Part shown: one piece after another, positions 39,312 to 49,820 of the stretch
Layout: each line of letters begins with the position of its first letter
Position numbering within the stretch: position 1 is the first letter of the stretch
Source of the DNA: an uncultured Candidatus Binatia bacterium
GTDB taxonomy: Bacteria; Desulfobacterota; Binatia; UBA9968; CAXXLF01
Length of the DNA: 64,000 nt
Direction: 5' to 3'
Assembly (NCBI GenBank): GCA_965218425.1
Contig: OZ244621.1
Span: forward strand, 4,256,001 to 4,320,000
Program-made: the position numbers and the translations under genes
The notes under the pieces: model-generated
Told to the model about the DNA's origin: nothing
What the model saw: only the letters and a program-made list of their open reading frames with translations
The model's database searches: none

Positions 39312-40367
39312 TCATACAGGGAAAACCACTAGCATCCGGTTGGAATTGAAAAGCCAGGCCTCCGAGAGAGAGAGAAGCTCGGGCTTCCTTCCTTCCATTG
39401 CGCCGGCCAAGCAGATCCAGTTTAGAAACTCATGCTGTCCTGAATCGATGATCTGCTTGGGATCCAAATCCCGCCACTTATATTGCTGTCCCGCAAACAG
39501 CTCCGCACGTCGTGCCCGGTCCGCCTCCATGTCTGGCCACAGGTAATGATGCTTTGTGGTGAGAGACCCATGGGACCAGCTCGCAGAGCCAATTACCACT
39601 GCTCGCCAAGGGCTCTCCTTAATGATCTGAGATACCGCCTTTCCCATGTCATAGCAGCGCCACGGCAGAGGAGACGGCGGAGGCGTTACCGGCATGCCTT
39701 CGAGCTTGCGCCCGATCTGCTTGGTATCCTCGATCTTGACACCCGGGGGCGGTATCCGAAGGTCGACCCCGTAGCAGTTGACCGCAATGGGCACTACCGG
39801 GTGAGGAAATTTTACATGCTCTGTTTCGTCAAGATCCATATAATCAACCGTCCACGTGAACGCGTGTCCATAGGACGGCCCGTGCCCAAGCTTCCACGAG
39901 CAACCGACTTCAAACCCTTTGTAGATCAGCTCGCGCACGATGTGGTTCGCCGCCTGTGGATGCCCTTTAATTGTAACCTTGGGCTTGTACCGGGAGCCAC
40001 CTCCGGCAACGCGCTCATCGCAGAGAACTTCATCAATGGCAAATACGGTGAAAGGCGTGAGCAGGTCGTCCTGGACGTTCTCGTACTGATCATCGGCAAA
40101 AATCAGGACGAAGTCCGGCTTAAAATCGTCGATTGCTTTGCGCGCTAGCCGGAACCCCTTTTGAAGCTCGTCCTTGTATTTCTGCGCCGCTTCGCGTCCC
40201 TCGTCATCGCCCCACTCCTTTCTCATCTCCTCCGGCCAGTTCTTCGGATCCCGTAATTCCACTGGCGTGTCCGGATGCGCGAGGTTCTTGCGAAGATAGT
40301 TATCCATTCGGCCAATGGAGGCTCGAACTAAAGTATGTGTGCAACCGATTCCTAATATCTCACCCAT
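39312..40367 (-). CDS. LigB-family (class III) extradiol ring-cleavage dioxygenase
   Basis: GIGCTH, PDFVLIFADDQYEN, GHAF, SASWSH, SGQHEFLNW. Confidence 0.82.
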   Translation of the reverse strand: MGEILGIGCTHTLVRASIGRMDNYLRKNLAHPDTPVELRDPKNWPEEMRKEWGDDEGREAAQKYKDELQKGFRLARKAIDDFKPDFVLIFADDQYENVQDDLLTPFTVFAIDEVLCDERVAGGGSRYKPKVTIKGHPQAANHIVRELIYKGFEVGCSWKLGHGPSYGHAFTWTVDYMDLDETEHVKFPHPVVPIAVNCYGVDLRIPPPGVKIEDTKQIGRKLEGMPVTPPPSPLPWRCYDMGKAVSQIIKESPWRAVVIGSASWSHGSLTTKHHYLWPDMEADRARRAELFAGQQYKWRDLDPKQIIDSGQHEFLNWICLAGAMEGRKPELLSLSEAWLFNSNRMLVVFPV

Positions 40368-40522
40368 ACGCGTTCCTCCTTTTATTCTACAGGGTTATTG
40401 AATCGATTCATTAATACACAGCCGGCAGTAGACGGCCTCGGGCAAGGCTTGGGAGACGGTTATAGCCATCCAAACACGCTCATTTCGACCATCTCAAATT
40501 CGTAACCGCCATTGACAAACCA

Positions 40523-41311
40523 TCATTCGGAGCGAGAGGAAGGAGCCTTGCCCGCCCGAGCTTCTGCGACATATTCACACATGGCATCGTAAATGATGCG
40601 AGCCACAGGTCCATAGCGAGAGGTCGGTTTGTCGATCTGACTTGCGGCGATGCCAAGCATATTTGAGGTTCCGCCAATTGGGGGACCGTCTGCGTTATAC
40701 TGTCCTACGGTAAATATCGATAACTCTTTCGTAATGCGTGCAGCGATAGGGGGAGGAATTCGGGAGAGGACAATACCGAATGCCCCGGCATCTTGGATGG
40801 CATGGGCGTCGCCCAGCATTGCTTCTTCGTCCATATCGTAGACCTGATCGGTGCTAATCGTTGCCATCCCCATGCTCATCATCGGGGTGGCTCCGATGTG
40901 GCCCAGGACGGGAATACCGGCATTTACGATCGCCTCCACAACTGGCGCAAACCGTTTCCCTCCCTCTAGCTTGACTCCGTCTGCGCCGGCTTCTTGAATG
41001 AAGCGTCCTGCGTTCCGGACCGCTTCGTCAATGTTGACCTGGTAGGACATAAAGGGCAGATCGCCGACGACAAAGGCGCGCTCGACTCCACGAGCCACCG
41101 AGCGCGTCATGATCAACATCTCCTCCATCGTGCAGGACTGGTTGTTCGTATGGCCGAGGACGACACGTCCGCCACTATCGCCAACTAGAATCAGGTCGAT
41201 CCCGGCGCGGTCCATGATGCTCCCCATCTGATAGTCGTACACAACGGCCGTCACGATCGCTTTTTTCTCCCGTTTCATTCGCCACAGATCCGGGATCTTT
41301 ACCTTATCCAT
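40523..41311 (-). CDS. PanB-like protein, catalytic Glu replaced
   Basis: VYDY, LVGDS, GDLPFMSY, VKLEGG, GHIGATP; VLSRIP in place of VLECVP. Confidence 0.85.
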   Translation of the reverse strand: MDKVKIPDLWRMKREKKAIVTAVVYDYQMGSIMDRAGIDLILVGDSGGRVVLGHTNNQSCTMEEMLIMTRSVARGVERAFVVGDLPFMSYQVNIDEAVRNAGRFIQEAGADGVKLEGGKRFAPVVEAIVNAGIPVLGHIGATPMMSMGMATISTDQVYDMDEEAMLGDAHAIQDAGAFGIVLSRIPPPIAARITKELSIFTVGQYNADGPPIGGTSNMLGIAASQIDKPTSRYGPVARIIYDAMCEYVAEARAGKAPSSRSE

Positions 41312-41375
41312 TAGCTAACCCTCCTGTCGCTCCGGGGCATGTGTGTTCTTGTGGATCTCAATATCTCCATCCGGC

Positions 41376-42596
41376 CTATCCGGGCATTGCTGGTGCCATC
41401 ATCAGGACCGGGGATGATGTCTGCTGTCGCAAATGGACTTCTTGTCTTTTTCGTGAGGACTCCATAATGGCCAGGCAGGCCTCAAGGCTTGCTCGACCCC
41501 AGGCGGCATCGGGAAACACCGGGCGGTTCTCCTCAAGGCTAGCCTTGATTTCCGCCACTTCCGGCGCCCCCCTACCAATCGATGCCGGAGGAAGAAGAAT
41601 TTCTTCTCGCCCCTTTTCCGTATTGACGTAGAGACCGTGCTCCGATTGCCGTATATCCCCCCGCTCACAACTCACAATGGTCACGCCAAAAAAGTCCTGG
41701 GCCACGTCGCCCTTCGCAGCAGCCATCTCCCTCCGTTCGAGATCTTTCATGCCAGTCGCCTCCAGCTTCCGATAGAATTCCTCTGATTGAACCGGAGCTG
41801 TCGGAGTACGCCGAGGCCCGTAGATAACTTCCTGAGGCATCTTCGCCCCGCTCTCTCCACGGTCCCATGTGATCTCAAAAGTGGTGAAATGGCCGTAGCC
41901 GCTGAAGTACATGAGGGCGGTAACGCCCGACTCGAAATCCAACAACGCACCGTAATTCCCTTCGACATCAAAGTAAGGATACCAACGGCCAGTCACTCCC
42001 CGTACTGAACGAATTATACCGCCAGCCAAATAGCGGACGATGTCCATTTGGTGCGGTCCCTGCCGAAAAACCACGCCACCGCCACGGTCGGGGTCCAAAG
42101 TCGCCGCCTCCCAGGGCAATCGTATCCAACTGTTGTAATTCAACGTGTTGATATGATACACACGCCCCAGTCGGCCGCTTGCAATGAGCTCTGCCATGGC
42201 CTTGATGCTGGGACGATGGATTTTGCTATGCCCTTGAACATAGCGTACCCCATACCGCTCCACAGCCTCCACCATGCGGTTCGCCTCATCCATAGTGATC
42301 GCCATAGGCTTTTCGCAAATAACATGCTTGCCGCATTCGGCAGCAATGATAGTGTGCTCTGCATGAAGATGGTTTGGCGTGGCGATATAGACTACATCCA
42401 CCTCACCCTTCCGGCACATCTCCTCCACACTCGTGAAAGTGGCGATACCGAACTTATCTTTGAATAGCTTTAGGGCCTTCGGCCGAATGTCTGCCGCTGC
42501 TGTGAACTTCACTCCGTCAACTTTGTTGAAACCGGGTACAACCTGATAAGAGGCCGCCCCTAACCCGGCCATTCCGACCCGTAACTCTAGACCCAC
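41376..42596 (-). CDS. Gfo/Idh/MocA oxidoreductase, phthalate cis-4,5-dihydrodiol dehydrogenase (OphB)-like
   Basis: GMAGLG, YIATPNHLH, CEKPMA, GGGVVFRQGPHQMDIVR, VSCERGDIRQS. Directly downstream of a Rieske gene. Confidence 0.85.
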   Translation of the reverse strand: MGLELRVGMAGLGAASYQVVPGFNKVDGVKFTAAADIRPKALKLFKDKFGIATFTSVEEMCRKGEVDVVYIATPNHLHAEHTIIAAECGKHVICEKPMAITMDEANRMVEAVERYGVRYVQGHSKIHRPSIKAMAELIASGRLGRVYHINTLNYNSWIRLPWEAATLDPDRGGGVVFRQGPHQMDIVRYLAGGIIRSVRGVTGRWYPYFDVEGNYGALLDFESGVTALMYFSGYGHFTTFEITWDRGESGAKMPQEVIYGPRRTPTAPVQSEEFYRKLEATGMKDLERREMAAAKGDVAQDFFGVTIVSCERGDIRQSEHGLYVNTEKGREEILLPPASIGRGAPEVAEIKASLEENRPVFPDAAWGRASLEACLAIMESSRKRQEVHLRQQTSSPVLMMAPAMPG

Positions 42597-42644
42597 CCTT
42601 TGCGCCCTCCATCAAGCCTGCAACGAAACGAGCCTGATTTACTT

Positions 42645-43889
42645 CTATTTACTGACCGGCCGCCTCGCAGCACCAAACGGAACCTCAAAAACCTCGTGAT
42701 GATCGTCGTCGAAAAGTTGCTCGAATCGCTCTCCCCTCGGTGGTATATCCTTTCCCCCAAAGCCATAGATATTTCCCCCGTCCGTCCCCATCCACTGCCA
42801 AACGTCGATCATCTTGTTCTCTTCGGGATCCCGGACCAACCCAATGGGATCCCCCCCCTCCTGCACGGACTGGATCTGCTCCTGAAGCATCTTCCGAAAG
42901 ATCGAGATTCCGAGGTCCGACGCTCCCAGTCGCTCCTGTGTCCTGTCGAATACAGGGCCTGGGGACTCCCATGACATGGCATCCTGCCCGTAGGTCGAAT
43001 CAAGCAAATATTTGCCCTGCTCGTCCTGATGTGAAATGAATTTAACCGGCACCTCCCCTTGTTCTACCTTGCTCCCGTCGGGGGTCGGCTTGAAGTTTAA
43101 CCCAATGGTCGCCGTGTGGGTGTCGTCCTCTGGCACCCGCCATTGAATCTCATCGCCCATACGCAGGATGGTCGGAAAAATGAATGGCCGGGCATACTGG
43201 CGTACAGGGTTTTCCTCACCGAAGAACATGCTTTTCAGTATCCCCCATTCGAACACCTGGAACCCGTAGCGCACCATAGGTACAGGCATGAAATCCACAC
43301 CCGCCTTCTGCCCCTTTGCATTCTGGCGATAGTACTGGTGCAGAAAATAGATATGGGTGGAATCCAAAATATTCTCCGTAGGCTGAAGCCAGTTGCAGTT
43401 TAGCGTGGCCCGAACATTAACCTCCCGGCTCCCGTCTTCTCGCACCAACGAATCCCACCGAGGAAGTAGCGGCTTCCGCTCTGGCGGTCCCAAATAGGCG
43501 AACACAATCCCGCCGAGCTCCTGGGCAGGGTAGGCCTTCAGACGCACCGTATGCTTAAAGCTTTTAGGCTCAAATGGCTGCTCTTGACATTGGCCGCTCA
43601 AATCATAAAGCCACCCATGATAGGCACATCGAATTCCCTCACTTTCGCAGAACCCGTAGACAAGGGATACGCCACGATGGCGACAATGCTCCTCTACTAG
43701 CCCATAGCGTCCATCGGGCAACCGAAACACCACTAGGTCCTCTCCCAAGATTCTGATTCGCTTTTTCGGCTCTTCCGGCGTGAGCTGCGCAGCGGCGCAT
43801 AGAGGGTGCCAGTAACGGCGCAGTAACTCGCCACATGGGGTCCCCGGCCCTACTCGTGCTAACGATTCATTCTCTTCTTTGCTCAGCAT
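42645..43889 (-). CDS. Rieske oxygenase alpha subunit
   Basis: VGPGTPCGELLRRYWHP; CRHRG...CAYHGW; ENILDSTHIYFLH; QDAMSWESPG. Confidence 0.92.
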   Translation of the reverse strand: MLSKEENESLARVGPGTPCGELLRRYWHPLCAAAQLTPEEPKKRIRILGEDLVVFRLPDGRYGLVEEHCRHRGVSLVYGFCESEGIRCAYHGWLYDLSGQCQEQPFEPKSFKHTVRLKAYPAQELGGIVFAYLGPPERKPLLPRWDSLVREDGSREVNVRATLNCNWLQPTENILDSTHIYFLHQYYRQNAKGQKAGVDFMPVPMVRYGFQVFEWGILKSMFFGEENPVRQYARPFIFPTILRMGDEIQWRVPEDDTHTATIGLNFKPTPDGSKVEQGEVPVKFISHQDEQGKYLLDSTYGQDAMSWESPGPVFDRTQERLGASDLGISIFRKMLQEQIQSVQEGGDPIGLVRDPEENKMIDVWQWMGTDGGNIYGFGGKDIPPRGERFEQLFDDDHHEVFEVPFGAARRPVSK

Positions 43890-44229
43890 TATAGCCTCCC
43901 AGATCGCAAGCCAGTCTTATTCCGATCTTGTTCCAAAAGCCCGTTTTTCGCTAAGCTAGTTTTAATCCTTTCGCTGTTCTACGCCATCTGCCATGATGCT
44001 TGGGCCCTTACGAAGGGAATATTCCTTCAGCAAAAGTTTGTCCAATACTATTTCGGAATACCCCTTATAGCATTTTTGCTATGAACATGAAGACTTCGTT
44101 TGCTCTATCTCAATTCCGCGTCGAAATCTTTTATATTTAAGGAGGTTGCAGCGAAAGTTTAGTCGAACCCGGCGACCAGCTTAGGACAAGGACGCAGGCT
44201 CCCTGCCGGTCCGGACCCCGGCCGAGGGC

Positions 44230-45177
44230 CTAGGTCCAGTACGCAAATCCCCCAGCACAGCCGGTGCCCGCAGGAGAGCGGTAGTAGGGCACATAGCTAA
44301 CCTCGGTCATGTTGAGGTGCTCCAGCGCTGCCGCACCAATGATCCAGTTCCGGATCTCCGAGGTTCCGCGGATCAACCGCTCGACGGGAAGTGAGCGTAA
44401 AAATGTGGCATCCTTACGCTGCATGGCGTCGAGAACACTTCGGTCTAGGTCTTCCTCGATCACGGAATGGCTCAAGCCACCCGATGCCACGATAGCAACC
44501 TGCTTGTCGGCATCCCACGATTCCACCGCCTCGCGCAATGCTCGCCCCAGCGCGTAGCACCGCTCCGGTGTCGGTTGGTTCGGGGGGAAGTAGGTGTTCA
44601 CCATGATGGGCACCATAGTGATTGTCCGGTCAGGGAAATACCGCCAATAGGGGTTCACGAACGCATGCCCTAGGCCGATTTCACGGCGCAGGTTATTACA
44701 ACGGGCCAGGTCGAAGCCCTTCGCGCAAAGACGCTGGAGCAGGTGGTTGGCTAGCGCAGGCTCACCCGGAATCGAGGTGCGGGGGTCTTGTGCTTCCCAG
44801 TCCCATTTTGGGTCGGACCAGGCGTACTTGCGGTGCGTGATAGGCATGTCCTGCCCGTTGAAGATCCCGAACATTGGCAGATTATCGTCTAGGAACTGCT
44901 CGTGCTGATCGTCGCCAATTACAATGATAACATCAGGGTTCACCTTGCGGAATACCCGATCCAGCTCCGCAACCCCCGCCAGGCATTCCTCGTAATGCTG
45001 CTGCATCTTTTCTTCACTGATCTCGTCAGCGATCCATGGCGGTGCCACTTGAAGGAGCGCGGCGTAGTCAATCCGTGGATCGTGCACATCCTTCTCGGCG
45101 ACTTTCTTCACCTGGCTTGGATGGGTTCCCAACGTCGAAGCGTGGCCAGTCCCTATACCCAATACGATCCGTGCCAT
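44230..45177 (-). CDS. DesZ/LigZ-type single-chain extradiol dioxygenase
   Basis: GIGTGH, GDDQHEQF, GHAF, NTYFPPNQPTPERCY, SGGLSH, GTSEIRNW, YRSPAGTGC. Confidence 0.85.
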   Translation of the reverse strand: MARIVLGIGTGHASTLGTHPSQVKKVAEKDVHDPRIDYAALLQVAPPWIADEISEEKMQQHYEECLAGVAELDRVFRKVNPDVIIVIGDDQHEQFLDDNLPMFGIFNGQDMPITHRKYAWSDPKWDWEAQDPRTSIPGEPALANHLLQRLCAKGFDLARCNNLRREIGLGHAFVNPYWRYFPDRTITMVPIMVNTYFPPNQPTPERCYALGRALREAVESWDADKQVAIVASGGLSHSVIEEDLDRSVLDAMQRKDATFLRSLPVERLIRGTSEIRNWIIGAAALEHLNMTEVSYVPYYRSPAGTGCAGGFAYWT

Positions 45178-45360
45178 ATGCTCCTCCTCTCAGAAGGGTT
45201 TGATCCCTTCGAACAACAGGGCCCACTTCTCCTGCAACTGCCCGTGAAATTTTTTACTTTTCATGTTCACCTCGCCGAATTGCCATAGGGCCGTCTTCTT
45301 CGGGAACCCTCGCCGTTTTTACCGGTCTTCACCGAGCCGCGTTTTCCGCCTTGGTGCCGT

Positions 45361-46566
45361 TCAACCATCACCAGGGCTAGGAACCTGATGAGACATGTAG
45401 ACCTCACGACGCTCGCGTGCGGACTGCATAATGCCGAGAACCACCTCCAGGGTGGCCTCACCCCACCGACCATCGTGGGACACGGGGCGGTCATGGACCA
45501 CCGCCTGGTACAGTTCCTCGAGCTCCGCTTCCCGGCCCCGGTCGGTCTTCGGCACCGGGACCTCCCACTTCTCCCTGTCTCCGTAGATGTACAGCCCGTG
45601 GGGCGACTGCCGGATGTCCCCGTGCTCACAGCTAACGACGGTGATACCGAAGTGGGCATGGGGGTGGTCCTCGTCCCGTATCCGGGCGTTCTCCTGTCCT
45701 CCCCCGTAACGCCTGACCGACTTGAGCTGTGCCTCTTCCTCAGGGGACTGGAGGGAGGCGATGCGGGCACGGGAGCGCAGATTCTGGTCGGGAGGCCGGA
45801 TCCCTTCCCCGATCCAAGAGGTGAACTCGGCCGTGTCGAAGTGGGCATAGCCGGTAAACACGTCGGTAGCAGGGGTGCCATTCTCGAACTCGATGTAGGT
45901 CACCCAGGCTCCCTCTGCGCGCCTGGCAGGATCCCACATCCCTGTCATACCCCGCACACTCCGTACCATTCCGCCACCCAGCAATCGCACGATATCGACA
46001 GAATGGGGGGCCTGCCTGTACAAGACGTTACCACCCAGGCTGGGGTCTAGCTCGGTGGGGTTACGAGAGCGGTACAGCCAGTCCTGGTAATGCCAGGTAT
46101 TGATCATGCAGAGATCGCCGAGCTCGCGGCTGCGCACGATCTCGTGCATCTTGCGGATAGGGGCGTCGAAGCTATGGGTGTGGCCACACAGCAGCTTGAC
46201 ACCGTTGCGCTCCACAGCGGCGTTCATGGCCTCGCACTCCTCAATGGTGAGGCCCATGGGTTTTTCGACGATGATGTGCTTGCCATGTTCGGCCGCCATG
46301 ATAACGTGCTCGGCGTGGAACGGGTTAGGGGTGCAGACATAGACTGCGTCCACGTTGGGGCTTGCGCACAGCTCCTCGGCCGTGTTGAAAACCTCGCCAC
46401 CGTATTCCCGGATGAATTTGTCGCGCGCCGCCTGACGAGGCTCCGCGGCGGCGGCGACGCGCAAGTGGGGATGCTTGGCAATAGCCGGCACGATCTGCGC
46501 CGCCGCTACCCCAAGCCCCACGACGCCAAACCTGAGTTCTTTGTGTGACGGTTCTACCAAGGCCAT
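45361..46566 (-). CDS. Gfo/Idh/MocA oxidoreductase, OphB-like
   Basis: GVVGLG, VEKPMG, GHTHSFDAPI, DWLYRSRNPTELD, HFGITVVSCEHGDIRQS. ATG 46566 follows GAGGAGG. Confidence 0.85.
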   Translation of the reverse strand: MALVEPSHKELRFGVVGLGVAAAQIVPAIAKHPHLRVAAAAEPRQAARDKFIREYGGEVFNTAEELCASPNVDAVYVCTPNPFHAEHVIMAAEHGKHIIVEKPMGLTIEECEAMNAAVERNGVKLLCGHTHSFDAPIRKMHEIVRSRELGDLCMINTWHYQDWLYRSRNPTELDPSLGGNVLYRQAPHSVDIVRLLGGGMVRSVRGMTGMWDPARRAEGAWVTYIEFENGTPATDVFTGYAHFDTAEFTSWIGEGIRPPDQNLRSRARIASLQSPEEEAQLKSVRRYGGGQENARIRDEDHPHAHFGITVVSCEHGDIRQSPHGLYIYGDREKWEVPVPKTDRGREAELEELYQAVVHDRPVSHDGRWGEATLEVVLGIMQSARERREVYMSHQVPSPGDG

Positions 46567-46667
46567 AGTCAAACCTCCTCAACTCGCTGACAACCTCTCA
46601 CTATCATCACGCCACTCGGTGCTTTAATCACTTCATATATTGTTTAAGAGCCGTATCGGCACCTTTT

Positions 46668-48410
46668 TTAACGGTGCTGCACACCAAAACCGATTCCAAA
46701 GGTCCTCGCCACGATTGCCACGCCGGCAGTCATGGCGATCATTGTCAGACTGTATATTCCAGCCTTTTCCAGCTCTACAGTCGACGGATCAGACATCATC
46801 GTCAATATCAAAATAGAGATCGTTTGCGTTTCCTCAGCCGCCAGCAGAATAATGCTCGACGTCGTACTGGCAGCTAGAGTGAAGTTGAAGATACCCATCA
46901 TCACCAGGGTGGGCATCACGAGAGGAATCCAGACCTTGAAGTACGTCCGTAACCAGCCCGCCCCCGACACCCGGGCCTGCTCCTCTAGATCGGCACCCAC
47001 CTGCAGGATTGTCCCCTTTGAGATCTGCGTACTCAACAGCTTCCCCTGCATGATCACTACCAAAACCAAAGCATAGATCGTGCCGTACAAAGGTGCCAGG
47101 ATTGGCGTGCCCAAAAATAGCCATAGTAGGCCTAGGCCTGACAGCATCCCCGGGATAGCGCTAGACGTCCAGAACACATAGTCCAAAAGCGTCCGTCCTG
47201 GCCATCGGGTACGCACGATGACATACGCTATCATGGAAAAGACTAGCGGAGAAACCACGGCGGTTGTCGCGCTCAGCACAAAGGTTGTACGCGCCGCGTC
47301 CAGAAACTCCCCAATCTGCAGGGCATCAATCCAATGAGACACTGTGAACGTTGGAGTCGCTGCGAATATGCCGACCCTTGTCATGAAACTCCCGCCAAGC
47401 AGCGTAATCGCCGGAACGATCGTCAACAAACTGGCGACCCCAACGATAACCGCGATGACCATCGGCTGCGCCCACCCAAGATCTATCAGCCCTAGGCGAA
47501 ACTGCCCAGTCACTGTCGTATACCGTCGGCGCGCCAGCATCCAGCGCTGAAGGGGGACGATTATCGCGATAATGATCAGCGTTACGCTAGCTAAGGCAGT
47601 TGCCTGCCCGTAGAGCGGAGGAAAATTCACCCGAACCATCTCATAGATCAAAGTAGAGTAGACGAAAAACCCGACCGCTTTACCCAGTAGCTGTTCTATC
47701 TCGAAGCTCTGGAATAACCTAACAAAGTTCAACAAAAAGACGAGCAGCATGGCCGGCATCATTACCGGCAATGTCACTCTCATCATTGCCCGCAGCTTGG
47801 AAGCACCTGAAACCGCCGCCGCCTCCTCGAGAGCCAGATCCATGTTCCGGAAAGCCGGTGTCAGCAACATCACCTTCTGCGATATCCCATTCCCCATCAG
47901 GTGAGCCCAGACAATTCCCGGGAGGCCATATATATTGAAGGGGCCCTGATCTATGAATGGCAGGGCCTCGGCCAACCTGTTGAGCAAACCCATCCGTGGG
48001 TCGAGCAGAAAGATCCACCCCATAGTGGTGGCCATCGCCGGCATCACAAAGGACACCCAGAATAAAAACTCCAATCCATGGGAGAAGGGCATTTTCGTAC
48101 GAGCCAAAGCCCAAGCGATAAGAACCGCAATAGGAAACCCGATGCCTGTGTAGAGAACGAAAACGAAAAGTGTGTTTCCGATAGCGCTGAAGATCGCAGG
48201 CTCCGAGAATGCGATGCTCCAGTTATTCAGCGAAAAATCATACGGCTGTCCAATCTCCGCAACGTTGAAGCTATTGAACACGAGTAGAATAACCGGCGCA
48301 AGCACCCAAAAACCAAAAACGAGGACGAGCAGCGCCACTATGAACAAACCCACTGGGGCCCGAGGCGAGTAGCGTTGCCAAATGTTTTCGACCGTACTAT
48401 CCAGGTTCAT
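46668..48410 (-). CDS. ABC transporter permease (FbpB-type)
   Basis: Hydrophobic; two EAA loops (LEEAAAVSGA, LEEQARVSGAG). Confidence 0.92.
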   Translation of the reverse strand: MNLDSTVENIWQRYSPRAPVGLFIVALLVLVFGFWVLAPVILLVFNSFNVAEIGQPYDFSLNNWSIAFSEPAIFSAIGNTLFVFVLYTGIGFPIAVLIAWALARTKMPFSHGLEFLFWVSFVMPAMATTMGWIFLLDPRMGLLNRLAEALPFIDQGPFNIYGLPGIVWAHLMGNGISQKVMLLTPAFRNMDLALEEAAAVSGASKLRAMMRVTLPVMMPAMLLVFLLNFVRLFQSFEIEQLLGKAVGFFVYSTLIYEMVRVNFPPLYGQATALASVTLIIIAIIVPLQRWMLARRRYTTVTGQFRLGLIDLGWAQPMVIAVIVGVASLLTIVPAITLLGGSFMTRVGIFAATPTFTVSHWIDALQIGEFLDAARTTFVLSATTAVVSPLVFSMIAYVIVRTRWPGRTLLDYVFWTSSAIPGMLSGLGLLWLFLGTPILAPLYGTIYALVLVVIMQGKLLSTQISKGTILQVGADLEEQARVSGAGWLRTYFKVWIPLVMPTLVMMGIFNFTLAASTTSSIILLAAEETQTISILILTMMSDPSTVELEKAGIYSLTMIAMTAGVAIVARTFGIGFGVQHR

Positions 48411-48609
48411 TGACTCTTCGCTTACGCGCCTCTTATACGGCTCATCTTGTTAATAATGAAGGTCAGATTTGCGCCTTCGCTTGCATGGAAGGGACCCGCA
48501 CTTATGATACAGAGATGTTACCCTCGATGCCCCTCGCCCAACAGATTGAGGGACACCGAGGATTGACCGGCACATGTCTCTGCCCTTTACGCCATATCCC
48601 GGCGGGTTA

Positions 48610-49701
48610 CTATTGGCCGCGTAGAATTTTCGCCCATATTGCGGTCGACTTGTTGAGCTTGTCGGCAAAACCGGGCAGCCTCTCCATAAAGATGTAATTC
48701 CTACCCTTTATGCGAAGTCTCCCCGGCCCTACGTTGTCTTTGGGGATATCGACCCGGAAGGTGTCATAGTGGGTGATCTCCTGCACCACCGACATTCCAT
48801 CCTTTGATAGCAACCAGTTCACGAACAGCTTCTGGGCGTTCGGATGCGGTGCACGATTCATCGCCATAACGGTGTGACCACCGACACTAATCTGTTCTCC
48901 CTCTTTCATCCCCTTCCTCAAATTGCGAATCGGCAGTCCTTGCCTGCGCGCCGCCCGGATCTCACTAGCGGAGCACCAAGGGCAGAGGTGCATCTTGCCA
49001 GTGCCTACCAAGTCTATCCCTTGCCTTAAATTTGGTGGAATGAACGACTTTTTGGCGAGCGCACGCATGTAGTCGGGGCCCATGACCTCCCACATAAACA
49101 AGACGCTTTGGGATCGCGGTAACAGCGTTGTCTTGTATTTCGGGTCCAGAAAGTCGCGGAAGGAATGCAAATCATCGGGTTTCACTAAATCGGTGTTGTA
49201 GCCCGTGTCCCCTCCTCCAGGTGTACCTATGAACCCCAAGCTCCAACGTTTCTCCCGGTCCATCCAGGGCATGGAACCCAGGAACCACGCGGACTCGTCA
49301 AGGATTTCAGGGTGGATCAATAGCGGCTTGATGGGGTCCATGGCCTGCGCGGGTATAAGAAGTTGGTTGGAAACGCTGGAACCACCTAACCAGACGTCGA
49401 TCCTGTACAATCCGGCGCGGCGCTCCGCCCGTACCTTCTCCCATTTCTGCGTCGAAGTTCCTCTGATACTCGCCTTCATATTGATCTTAAACCGCTTTTC
49501 AAAGGCCTTTTCAAACGCCCGTGCATTCTTGCTCCGAGATAGCCGATGACTGAGAAAGATGACGAGTTCCCCCTCCTTTTCTGCCGCCGTTACCAGCTCG
49601 TCCCATTGCTGCTGAAAGCTAGAAGCTGCCCACCCGCTGGGCACGAACACCATCATGGCACTAATCACGAAAACCAACGTTAGTCCTATATGCTTCACCA
49701 T
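48610..49701 (-). CDS. ABC transporter substrate-binding protein
   Basis: ATG 49701 follows AAGGAGG; signal peptide; APHPNAQKLFVNWLLSKDG. Confidence 0.9.
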   Translation of the reverse strand: MVKHIGLTLVFVISAMMVFVPSGWAASSFQQQWDELVTAAEKEGELVIFLSHRLSRSKNARAFEKAFEKRFKINMKASIRGTSTQKWEKVRAERRAGLYRIDVWLGGSSVSNQLLIPAQAMDPIKPLLIHPEILDESAWFLGSMPWMDREKRWSLGFIGTPGGGDTGYNTDLVKPDDLHSFRDFLDPKYKTTLLPRSQSVLFMWEVMGPDYMRALAKKSFIPPNLRQGIDLVGTGKMHLCPWCSASEIRAARRQGLPIRNLRKGMKEGEQISVGGHTVMAMNRAPHPNAQKLFVNWLLSKDGMSVVQEITHYDTFRVDIPKDNVGPGRLRIKGRNYIFMERLPGFADKLNKSTAIWAKILRGQ

Positions 49702-49820
49702 TACGTTTCCCTCCTTATCGTTTGAGATTTCCTCGTAGGCACGAACCTCATCTTGTTTCACCGAGTCTTGAAGTGCTTCCCGTTCATCAATTCCGGCGGA
49801 GATCCGCATCCCTGCTCTCT

